64,000 nucleotides of DNA, taken from contig CM120646.1 of NCBI GenBank assembly GCA_051362555.1, forward strand, positions 11,656,001 through 11,720,000, read 5' to 3'. Under the pieces are notes generated by a model. It saw only the letters and a program-made list of their open reading frames with translations, was not told the DNA's origin and did not search any database. Within the stretch, counting starts at the first letter, position 1, and every line of letters starts with the position of its first letter. The translations under genes and the position numbers were made by a program. Of the stretch, positions 25,901-37,256 are shown one piece after another. The DNA comes from Lingula anatina (lineage: Eukaryota > Animalia > Brachiopoda).

Positions 25901-26807
25901 TTGATTGGATCCAGTAAAATATATTTTTTTTTAAGTATCAAATTTTTCTTATTATAATCATTATCATCTTAACAAGGCAGCAAAGCTGTCAAATGTACAG
26001 ACAAAAAACAGAAAATAAAGATATAAATAAAAAAGGTCATTTTGTCAATTTTGATGCAATAATAAATAATGCTTATAATAGCACTGTCAGTCAACACTGA
26101 ATTTTAATCATGCACAACAGGTAACATGGTCAATAACAGGAGCGGACCCTGAGATATTTTCTGACAGTATTCCAAAGTATCTATGTTGATCCATCCTCCA
26201 TTTTGATGGTCTTCCAACAGAAAAAAATAGATACCAGTCAATATAAACTTAATAACCTGTCTTCCAGAAGACCCGGAAGATGGTCTCAATCCACCCCTTC
26301 AATAAGATTACAGTTTCAGGACCATGAGAGACCAAAGTCACATGATGAAAGTCTCAATATTTGAAAAATGATGACAGTGCATAAAATAATATTATATAAT
26401 GTTTAAAGACATAAAAAACAATACAATTGCTTATGTGGAAATACAGAAAATGTGCAGAGCCTCGAGCGGATGAGAGTTAAAAGTCACAAATGCAAGTGTT
26501 TGAGAAAAAATTGTAAAGGAAAACATAACAAAACTAGAAAACCACCGAGAGTGCAGACCTCTGCCAAGGCAGCAATTGTTGATTATTATTGATTATTGAT
26601 TGATTATTGAGCCAGAACACCACTAAAAACTAATCATTGTCCTCTTTGGCCCAATTCTGACAGTTCCTGATAATTTTAGCAAAATCGGTCCATAACTTTT
26701 TGAGTTATGTTGATGACAGACAAACAGGGGTGAAAATATAACCTCCTTGGCAGAGCCTGAGGTAAATATAATTTCAATGAAGCTGCTATTCAAATGTTTA
26801 ATCTTTG

Positions 26808-26875
<68 letters not shown>

Positions 26876-29800
26876 CCTGCATAATTATCACTGCTTCCTT
26901 ATTATTAATCTAGCAGAGAGCTTAACTTTTGGGAGTTTACAAGGAAATATCAACAAGTGTGCTTTATGTAATCTCCTTTAATGGCCTATCAATTAGGCAA
27001 ATGACTTTATAACTCAGAAATTAGCTACGTGATACCCAAGGGATATTAACAGACTGACCTTCTCAAAGGTCTTTCAGGCCCATAAGTCACATCTTAAGAA
27101 AAGCACAAAACAATAATGCACAAAATAGGAGACTACCAATTCTGATGGAATAATACATTATGTTTTACTGCACAGTCAACATCAAATTTTAATTATGCAC
27201 AACAGGTAACAACGACGAAAGTAAAAGCATAAGGCTTCAGGCCCATCAGAGTTCAAGTTTATACTTAGAAAGTGCCAGAATGAGAAAAATGAAAATTTCA
27301 CACAAAATTGCATAAATTCAATAATAAATGATAACCCAATTGACCTGGCTTTCTAATTTGAACTGCATGCCAATCCTAAAAATCATACTTGTAAGTTAAA
27401 AATAATAATAAGTAACACAGTTTTCTTTTCATAATGTTTGCAGTAGCAATGCAAAAATATTGTCAATTTTGATGTAACATTACATAATAAATTATAGAAA
27501 TATACTGAAAAGTGAAAAAATACCATAACTTCTACAATAATGGCCCGATCATGCTGATTTTCGATCTTGACCTGCGTTTTATGAATATTCATCAGCTCTG
27601 TAAATATACAGCCAAAAAGTGAAACTGCCTTCCACTTATAGTGTTTACAATGAAAGTGCATGGCGACAGCGATGACGGCGACGACAGACGCAGGTGATGG
27701 CAATATGTACAGACACATCTATATATATATTTACTGTACTGTTTGAGAACAGTAAGTGACATGGTTTTTCTTAAATGGTCATCATGGGAGCAGTGCCCAA
27801 AATAGTTTTTTTTCAAATATTGATGCAATATTACATAATGTTTAACAGCATACTAACCATCAATTTTTAATAATAAAATATTAGTATCATGGATATTAAG
27901 AAAATGTGACTAGCAAAGGTCTTCAGGCCCATGGAACTTCGAAGTCACAACTTGAAAATGCCAAAATGTAAACAAGACAGCACTGTTCTGAAATGTTTTT
28001 TTTTCCATTTTTAACAATTTTTAACATAAAACAAAATTAACAGTTTACTGCCATTTTTATATGATCAACTAAGAAAATTGATGAGATGGGAAAAATATCA
28101 ATAAAGCAGTGTTAAATGTCCAATTTCTTCCATTCTGAGATTCTGAACATAGTGAATGATTGAATCTGACAAACTGCAATGATATGAGTTTATTTCCATT
28201 TTTGAAACTTTATTACACAATACATGATAACAAGTTTACCATCATTTTTACAAAATCAACTAACAATGTTGTAAAGATGCAGGAAATGTCAAACAAATAC
28301 TTGTACGTATCTTATTAGTTTAATAATGAGACTGTTAACATGCCTAAGAATTGAATCTGAGGAAATGTGAAAAATATGCTGAAAAGTGAAAAAACAGCAT
28401 AACTTCTACAATAATGGCCCGATCATGCTGATTTTCGAACTTGACCTGTGTTTTATGAATATTCATCAGCTCTGTAAATATAAAGCCAAAAAGTAAAACT
28501 GCCCTCCACTTATCGTGTTTACAAGGAAAGTGCACGGCGCCGGCATCGGCATCGGCATCAGCATCGGCATCGGCATCGGCGACGGCATCGGCAACGGCAT
28601 CGGCGACGACAGACGCAGGTGATGGCAATATGTACAGACACATCTGTGTCTGTACATAAAAACACAGTGACTGGATTCTTTTCCAACACAAATAATGACC
28701 CAAGGGTCTTCATACTATTCTATGGCCCCATTCAGAATAGGGGACTAACTAGTCCGAGGGTCCAATATGGCTGACCCACTTGAATACTTCCCCACGGTAT
28801 ATCTGTTCAGTGTCTATTAGTGAATTAGACAGCAAGCTTTGTAGTGGGTCGCCATATTTGACACTCGGCCTAGTTACTCCCGTATTCTGAATGGCTCCTA
28901 TGACTTAGGCTCTAGATAATGACGTACTGTTCAGTTCTCATCTTAATCCACTCCATGCAACTTTTCTTCACAAAATCACAACCCAGATTTTTGCCCCACT
29001 GCAGTGGCTCTGCCATGGCATAGTTGACCCTGTACCAGCTAAAAATAACAACAGTATCAAACTTATAAAATATCATAGCTATCCTTGTGCCAGGTGAAAA
29101 TAACAGAAATAACATGTTTATAGAATATCACTGTTGCATGGTCTTGTACCAGATAAAATAACACCAATAACAAACTATTAGAATATCACAGCTCACCAAA
29201 CAATGACAAATTTAAAGAATTTATTTACATTAGAAATGCAGGCACTTGGGGAATTCAAAGTTTTTATGATGTATGATTTATATAATTGGTGAAACCTTTG
29301 CCTAGATTACCTACCCTGTGTCCTCCATAAGTGCCAGTGTTATCCTAGAGATCTTTGGGTTTTGTGTATAGGTACCTGTCATGGCTTCATGCTAAAACAT
29401 ATATATATATTGCTTCACTTGAGCTATAACAAGATGAGGAAATGTGGCATGGCAATCACTCAAAAAATTTAAACATTTCGCTTACTTCAATCTCTAACTT
29501 TTTCTCCTATATTTGCTGCTTTTTAGTTACTCACAAAAACTCCGCTGAAGAACTCTTAAGTCATCTTTTTCATGTAACAGTTTTGTTTTGGGAAATATCA
29601 TTGATTATTTTTGTGCAAAAAAAGGCAGGAAACGCCATCAGTTAAATGTAGTTCAAAGAGACTGACAGAATATGATCTACTGTAACTTTAAATTTGATGA
29701 AGTTAAACATTCAATCTTAAAGATTTCATTAAACAAGCAGAAACATAGTTTTTCATAAAATGACAAACTTATAATCCAGACAGCACTTAAAAAATATGAT

Positions 29801-32800
29801 TTGGACTGTAACTGTATTAAAATGCCAATTTATGCCACTGAACTGGAATAAACATCTTCACTGGGTTTTTTCTTTAATATTCTAAAATATGAATTATTTC
29901 CATGAATACCTCAAACACCCTTTTCTCCCAGTGTGTGAGTTTAGTGCCTATGCTGCCTTGGTTTTCTAACTCAGCGCCCTCTAGTGTCGAACAGTTGAAG
30001 TGTCGTCTGGCTTCTTCCTGTAAAAAACCAAGTTTGTACAGTCAATGTTCAAATATAGGCCTATTCACAGGCACACAATGCACATATCATCTTTATATAG
30101 CAAAAAAGTTTTCTTAGTCATAAAGAGACATCTTATCAAAAATTGTTGAAAAATTAAAATCTTCAAAAATAATTTTCAAATTATGATTTTTAACATTACA
30201 AGTGAAAATTTACCAGTCCCCATCTCAATGGCAACTAACGAAACAGTTGCACAAAAATTAATAAAACTGGCTATGACCACCTGTCAACTTAATGTAACTT
30301 TTGGCCATGAATACTGTCAACTTACAGTAACTTTTGGCTATAATTCCCATCCACTTACTGTAACTTTTGGCCATGACCATCTGTCAACTTATTGTAACTT
30401 TTGGCCATGATTTCTGTCAACTTACTGTAACTTTTGGCCATTACTACTGTCAAGTTACTGTAACTTTTGGCCAAGACTCTTGTCAACTTACTGTAACTTT
30501 TGGCCACAACTCCTGTCAACTTATTGTTTTTCCTGTCAACTTACTGTAACTTTTGGCCACAGCTCCTGTCAACTTACTGTTTTTCCTGTCAACTTACTGT
30601 AACTTTTGGTGTGACCATGAGATAAAAATGTCTCTGTATGACGGCTCCTCTAACTCTCCAGTCTCTTCTGGACACAGTTCTCACCACCTTGGAGCTCCAC
30701 TGGTATACTCCCAATCTAAAGCACAGAATTTGTAGCAAAATAAAATAAAAAAAGATAAAACTTTAATTTTTTTTTAACAATTGAAAAAAGAAACAAAAAC
30801 AAATTCTATTTTATTAGAATAAAAACAACAAATGCAGTTTTCAACAGTGCTAAAAGACATTTTTTCTTCTTATCTCAATTCTACACTGTATTTATTTTTT
30901 AAAGAAATTATATTCACATTAGATATCTAGTAATCCATAAGCACAACATACTCATTATTAAACATTTCTGGTCGTCCAGTGAATATGTCCCGCTCAGTCA
31001 AAGGATCTCCATTTTTGTCTCTGTACATAGCAAACAGACCTGCTGAAAAACCCTGAAATACCACAATCATAACACATATCATATTACATACTTTAGACAA
31101 ATCATGACTTATTCTCTTCATTTTTTTTTTTTTTTTTTTTTTTTTTTTGTTGATTTCATTTATTAAGCTGTTGAAAGAAGAAAAATTACTTTATTTTTAT
31201 AACATTTTCTCTTTAATTACAATTTTCTTCATTTTGACCCTTTTTTTCAATATGAAAACCAGGTACTTACTAAAGCATGCAGTATCTCATGTTTGATTGT
31301 GGACACCATCTCTGTCATGTCATGGAGTTTGGTGGAGATGGAATAGGGACAGAGATTGATAAATCCCGCTACTGGTCTGAAAAATAAACATTTACAACGG
31401 GTTAAGTTTATTACAATAATATAACTTACATTTGGCATATGGGCGGCTATAATTTATAAACCCTGCTATTGGCTAGGAAATAAATATCTACTGAATCAGA
31501 TACAGGTCAATTTCACTTATTAAGACCATATGAATATGGACAAATATAGTTACACCTTGTACGTTTTCTGCACAGAAAATTTTGATACTGTGAATTTTCT
31601 ATTTATGCGAAGCATGGACCTATAAATGATTGTAAAATAACTGAAACGTTGCCTCTTCATAATGTTGAAGATTCGTATCCATAAAATTGACCTTCCTTTT
31701 CTTACAGTTTAGAAAATTATCCATACAGCTGATCTATCTTTCCATGAAGTTGACCTACCAATTCATTAACTTCACCTACCCAGCCATCAAGTTGACCTAC
31801 CTATCCATTACATTGACCTACCTGTCCATCAGGTTGACCTACCTATCCATCAAGTTGACCTACCCATCCATCAAGTTGACCTACCTATCCATACTCCCCT
31901 CCAGCTGGCAGTAGGCAGCATAGGCCACAGTGACCTCAGGGTCACACTTGGATGACGCCACTGCTGACACATAGAGGACAAAATCTGCGTTGAGGACACC
32001 TCTTCCTGCATAGCCTGTCTCATGATAATGACCATCTTGATATATGCGGCAGGCCTAGAATTCAGTACAAACACCAAATTATTAATATGCCTTATTCTAA
32101 ATGATTGTGTATCTTATAAGAAATACAACAATTTATCATTTTTTTAATTTACAATCCTGACAGACTATGATTGAGATTACAGCTCAGCAAATAATTATGA
32201 TCTTCTTTACATAAAAACCATTACAGAGATCATTTGGAGTAAAACAAAAAGTTTCAAATGGTGCAAATTCCGGAAAGACAACTAAAAGCTATCAGCTAGT
32301 TTTTCACGTGAGGTTCAACAACATGGTAGAAACCATAGGACACATGATTTCATTTCTTAATTTCAAATCCAATTTTTTTTTCAAACTGTTAGTCCTCCCC
32401 ACCCTCTCCTTCCCCTCAATACTTTATGGTCAGCCACTGACCTCCAGATGGTCATAAGGCACAGGAACATGTCCACAGTATGTGGTCTGCTCACAGCCAT
32501 GTACACAGTATGGAGGGTAATACCCTGCCCTATAAATTATGTCATTCTGAGAGCAGTTCCTACAATCAGAAATTGGCAATACAAACTTTACTGTTAGAAT
32601 TTTACCAGTAATGCAGAGGCGGTGTAACATGAAAATCTGACTCCCCAGATGTATCATCCATTATGCATACTACGAAATCAAAGTCATTTACTCAAATAAA
32701 ATGAGATTAATGAATGTTTTTTTTTTTTTGGGGGGGGAGTCAAAATTTCATAGGGGGAGTCACATTTTCATTATGAAAATCTGACTGGGGAGTCACATTT

Positions 32801-34451
32801 TAGGGGAGTCAGATTTTCATGGTACAGCGGCATGAGGTTCAACCAATGCAATATTACAATCAGTGATGGTTCTTTCAATCAACAGCTAATAAAAGGTTTT
32901 TAACTTTTAATCTCTTAGCTAGTAATTCACACAGATATTTGATGCTGACTAATGGAACTATCAAAGGAATGTAGTGATTTGCACAACTTATGAATTTTAT
33001 TATCTTTTAAATTGAAAAAAAATTCACAAAAAAGAAAATCTGTGCATCAGCTTATCACATTTTACTTTAAAAATATTACAGCACATACAATATGCACATC
33101 TCAAAACTAATACATATTCATTCAAAGGTTCCCATAGAAACCTTATGTAACAGTGCTGACATTAAAAATCTAAATCATTTTTTTTTTTTACTCAAAGATG
33201 AAATCATGAAAAGAAAAAGGGTAAAATAATTTTTCAATTAGGTAAGATTTATCAGGCTTCAAGGCCTGGTGTTTCCTTACCTGTTCAGTCTAATTGGACC
33301 TGCAGTTTGCCTGACAACCAGTGTGTTTTCCCAGTAGGACAGGGCAGCAGGGAGCAACCTGTGCTGGAGACAGAAAACAAAAAGTGCCATTTTTTTTAAA
33401 TTAAAATTATCACCGCTTTACAAAAACAAAATTAAAGACTAGAAAGGCACTCAAAGGGCAAAAACCTCTGTCAAGGCAAATAATTCTCATTATAATTATT
33501 TGATCAACTAATTAAATAGCTAAGTTCTCATTATCAATTAATTAAACATATTATTTGTGGAAATATAAATAAAATTGGCCTTACAACTATTGTCCAGGAG
33601 TGGTGTCTTTACAGATGTGCATGAGTTTATGTCTGTGGAATGATACCTTTACAAGTGTGAGTTAATGTCTAAACAGTTATGCCTTTGTAACTGTGAGTTT
33701 ATGTCTATGTGGTGATACCTTTAAAACTATATATGATTTTATGTTTATTGAGTGATGCCTTCACAATTGTGAATTTACGTCTACACAGTGAAATTTCTAC
33801 AAGTGTGAGTTTATGTCTGTGGAGTGATACCTTTACAAGTGTCAGTTTATCAGGTGGTAATCTGTTAACACTGCTGTGGAACACCTCTCGTATCCTCAGT
33901 CTTTGGTTAATGCTCCTCTTCTTCATCAAATGCAAGGGTTCCAGGGACACATCATGAAGAACCTGGGGACCGACCAAAAACTCATGTTACAGCTATTACT
34001 CGTATTATAATAACTGAAATACTGAAAATTGCATATATTTTTTTAATGTGTAATCATTTTTTCACTTTCTCCTGAAAAACAAAGACAAACCATATGACTA
34101 CTGGCACATAAATCTTTACAAATGTATACATTTTAAAAACATTAACATTCTTATATGGTAAAATAGTACTGTAGGTGACCTACCGCACTCTCAATACGCA
34201 GTACTGCCACTGATGATTACAATGTGTGTGTGTGTGTGTGTGTGTGCGTGCGCGCGCGCGCGCGTGTGTCACAGAGAGAGAGAGAGAGAGTGAGAGAGAG
34301 AGATCAAGTCACGCGACATCTCACATACAAAAATTGCAAAATTATGACTTACTTCACGTTGCGCTGGAATATAATGGTTACATACACGCTCTGTGACCCC
34401 GCCATGTAATACTGAAGATAATGAAAATAGCAAAATCTTCAGAAAAATCAT
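22991..34451 (-). CDS. LMLN: Leishmanolysin-like peptidase (invadolysin, peptidase M8), 17 exons, about 653 aa, with signal peptide and GPI-type tail
   Basis: Exons (minus) 34451-34353, 33962-33831, 33363-33281, 32559-32442, 32054-31885, 31376-31271 (HEILHAL zinc motif), 31052-30952, 30715-30598, 30017-29910 (ELENQG..THWEKR), 29391-29315 ([17 protein letters not shown]), 29038-28928, 25817-25685, 25343-25254 ([12 protein letters not shown]), 24539-24467, 24315-24185, 23771-23616, 23146-22991 (hydrophobic tail [11 protein letters not shown]). Total 1962 nt, phases consistent. Confidence 0.95.
25045..25243. mobile_element. PIF/Harbinger-like MITE, copy 1
   Basis: TIR GGCCCCATTCAGAATAGGGGAC, 3-bp TSD ATA. 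Second copy at 28724-28898. Confidence 0.8.
26533..26765 (-). mobile_element. Short Helentron-like non-autonomous element
   Basis: CTAG end, CCTCTGCCAAGG / CCTTGGCAGAG subterminal inverted repeats, GACA microsatellite seed. A partial related end lies near 33439-33480. Confidence 0.55.
26810..26869. repeat. (TA)n microsatellite
   Basis: Direct inspection. Confidence 0.95.
27500..27720. repeat. Interspersed repeat fragment, copy 1 (probably Helentron-like)
   Basis: Highly similar to 28375-28645 (AACTTCTACAATAATGGCCCGATCATGCTG...GACGCAGGTGATGGCAATATGTACAGACACATCT). Confidence 0.7.
28375..28645. repeat. Interspersed repeat fragment, copy 2, with expanded (CGGCAT)n
   Basis: Same sequence as 27500-27720, with a hexamer expansion at about 28536-28608. 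Confidence 0.7.
28724..28898. mobile_element. PIF/Harbinger-like MITE, copy 2
   Basis: Same TIR and body as 25045-25243; 3-bp TSD TAT. Confidence 0.75.
30270..30610. repeat. ~33-bp minisatellite derived from an LMLN exon/donor junction
   Basis: About 11 copies of CTGTCAACTTACTGTAACTTTTGG. The last copy overlaps the exon end at 30598. Confidence 0.9.
31735..31892. repeat. 21-bp minisatellite derived from an LMLN exon/donor junction
   Basis: About 7 copies of CCATCAAGTTGACCTACCTAT abutting the exon end at 31885. Confidence 0.9.
32618..32831. mobile_element. MITE-like element with ~27-bp TIR
   Basis: GGTGTAACATGAAAATCTGACTCCCC ... GGGGAGTCAGATTTTCATGGTACAGC, with internal repeats of GGGGAGTCA. 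Confidence 0.6.
33600..33850. repeat. ~36-bp minisatellite derived from an LMLN exon/donor junction
   Basis: About 6-7 degenerate copies of GTGATACCTTTACAAGTGTGAGTTTATGTCT. The last copy overlaps the exon end at 33831. Confidence 0.85.
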
Positions 34452-34749
34452 CCCCCCGGCGGTCGATAATCAGTCATCGTTCGGTGCTCTCTAATGTTTG
34501 GAGAGCAGAAATTTAATCATATTAAAAATTGCAGTCCATCAAATGCAGCAGTTGAGACAGCACCATTGTAGACGGTGTGTAGAGCTGTTTCATAAAGATT
34601 GTTTGATCCAGGTTAAAATAGCTGGTATTCCATTTAAAGGATAAAATAATTATCGGGCTAAAATAAACTATTTAAGTCTATTACCTCAGACGTTTGCGTG
34701 TCCCTTTCGGAAACTTCGGCCGGCGTGACGAAACTGAGGGTCCGTGAAA

Positions 34750-34793
34750 CCAAGAAGTTGTAAAGAGAAGGCCTTCTCTTTACAACTTCTTGG
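34750..34793. repeat. Perfect 44-bp palindrome upstream of LMLN
   Basis: CCAAGAAGTTGTAAAGAGAAGG-CCTTCTCTTTACAACTTCTTGG. Confidence 0.9.
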
Positions 34794-37256
34794 CGAAACC
34801 GAACCCACCGTCCATTTAACGACACAGGTTAGGGTCAGCCTGACGAAAGTGGGTCAAAATCTTAGGTCAAAATCTTACCTGTGCAAAGTAATGGGAACCG
34901 GACTCTGTATTACGGGGGAGTCTCTGTCACGTCACACCGGTCTACTGCATGGGAACACAGGTCGATAAACTATTCCCAGTCCTGTTAAGTATATCTTCAC
35001 GGTATACCTGAGTTTATGGTCTAAAGAGGATTTTGCCTCTGAAGAAATCTTTGTTAAGATGTTTAAAAGTTGTACAATATGTGGGAGGGCTAGCTTGACA
35101 AATACATGTATAATTTGTGTAAATAAAAAAATAAAATATAGTTTTACAGTAAATCATTTGCATCATTAAAATAATCCTTTACATTTTCCCCATAAAAATA
35201 AGAAAATTAATATTTTACGAGCTTATTCTAATAACATTTAATTTCTACCCTTTCTTCTTTATCTTCATCTTGCTCAAAGGTTGGAAACAGGAGTGAAAAT
35301 ATGCAGTAAGTGATTGTCATAAAAACAAAGTCCACCTTTCTTTTGTCTCTGTATAAAGATGTAATACAATAACTGCCATATATATTGGAATAAGGTTTCA
35401 ATCAGCCTGCATTTTGCAAAGTTTTCCTTAAGAAGACTTGGTATAGCTAGACTGCGTTATCTTGTCAAAACAGTACGTGATAAGTTGAGCCGTCACAAGC
35501 TGACTAGAAATTCTACCTCAGGTCTCGACATCTATAATAGGCTTGCCATGCTGGCACCCATGCTATGGGGAAGGTAACAGCCTTTGACATCATTTTCCAG
35601 GTGCATTTCTGAGTGCAAATATTACTTATCCAAGCCTGCTAGACGATAACGACCAATGGGGGTCACGGAACACGTTGTGTAGTGCCACGAGAGTGTTACG
35701 TATGGCACCTGTTTAATTCGTGTTATTTTCTTCTCGTTAATTGATATTCAATGCTTAATTGCTTCTTCTCATTATATTTTCGTATTTCTGGTTTTTACCG
35801 ACAAAAGTGAAATTTCAAGCCCACTCCTCCACAACGAGAAAAAAAAACAAAAACTGGAAACTTACGTCCCAAAAAAGGGTTTATAGAATGAAGATTTGCC
35901 AGTGAATTTTGGATTTACATGAATGTTTCTTTTTTATCGATGCTTTTACTGGAAATTCTTAAGTCCCCATCTACACTACGAAATAGAAACAAAATTTGGA
36001 AACTTACAACATCAGTACAGGTTTAAAAATCGTAATTTTACCAACAAATATTATTCATTACCTTGGTGATTAAGTGAAAAGTGTTTTTAAAAAATTTAAG
36101 TCGACTTTTGAATTTGTCATTTTCACCTGCACGAGTGAAATTAAGCAACCGACATCTCCGCCACGACAGTGACATACAAATTGGACAATTACGTCTCAAA
36201 ACTACGTTAATTAAGCTTAGTTTTGCTAACAATTAAGGTTATCAAGGGGAAAGAGTTAATTTTTTCAGGAAAAGAACTATTTTGCTATATACTGGGTAAA
36301 CGTCTGAGATTATAATAATAAAATAGACATATCTATTTATAGTCTAAAATCCAGGATAATGTGTTCTGCAAACTTTACAAATAAAATACAAAGCAAAAAG
36401 AATTATTTTAGATTCAGAAAAATTTAGTATTAGAGGTAACGAGAAAAGTGCCAAATTACAGATAATGTTCTGTAGAGTAAAAATGTTTTTGTAACTTGCA
36501 TCGCTTAAATGTTAATGACATAGTAATAATGTAGAACTGAATCTGAAAAAAATGGCGAATTTGTTTTTGCTTTATTTTTCATTTTTTATCAAACGATCAG
36601 TTTTCTTTCAGTGGCATGGGTGTTGCATGAATGTGTCATTCGAACACAAAGGCCAATGAAGAAAAGCTAATGAGTCCTCATTTTTATGATTTTAAGTTAA
36701 TTTGTTCCCATTTTTGACTAATGACGTATCTGAAATGCAAGATACCATTGCCGCGTAATTGTGAATTAGGTCCGGTTAAATTTGGTAATGATTCCACAAA
36801 AAATAAGCCAAATTGTAATCATATCTTCCATTTATTCCCATTTACGAACGGATGTCTAATCAATGCGCCTTTCAAATAACACCTGCAGGCTGCAAACCTC
36901 TTGTGTAAGTTAACTAGTTAACGCCACCATTATAAGACCAAATAAATTATATGTTACTAGTCAAGGACGCACAGCAAAACTGTTCTAAGCATTAAGGCAA
37001 TTGCAAGTTCACACATACTTGTTTTCGATTAAGATTGTTTTCGATCGTGTTCTGATTTTGCTTTTTTCACATTATTGTTTTACTTAAGTTGCGGTGAATG
37101 TGATTTACGTTGCGATTCCCGGTTAAAAAACACTTATACAAATTTCCTTTTGCACTGAAATATGTCTGCATCAAAATTAGAGGAGGTGGTAGGTCGAAAA
37201 TAAGGTAGACAATCCATTAAGTGCAGTGTCATAGTTGTTATGCCCATGGACGTTCA

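Noticed and set aside
28344-28703. ORF with an ADADAD tract
   Set aside because: Product of a (CGGCAT)n expansion in an interspersed repeat within an LMLN intron.
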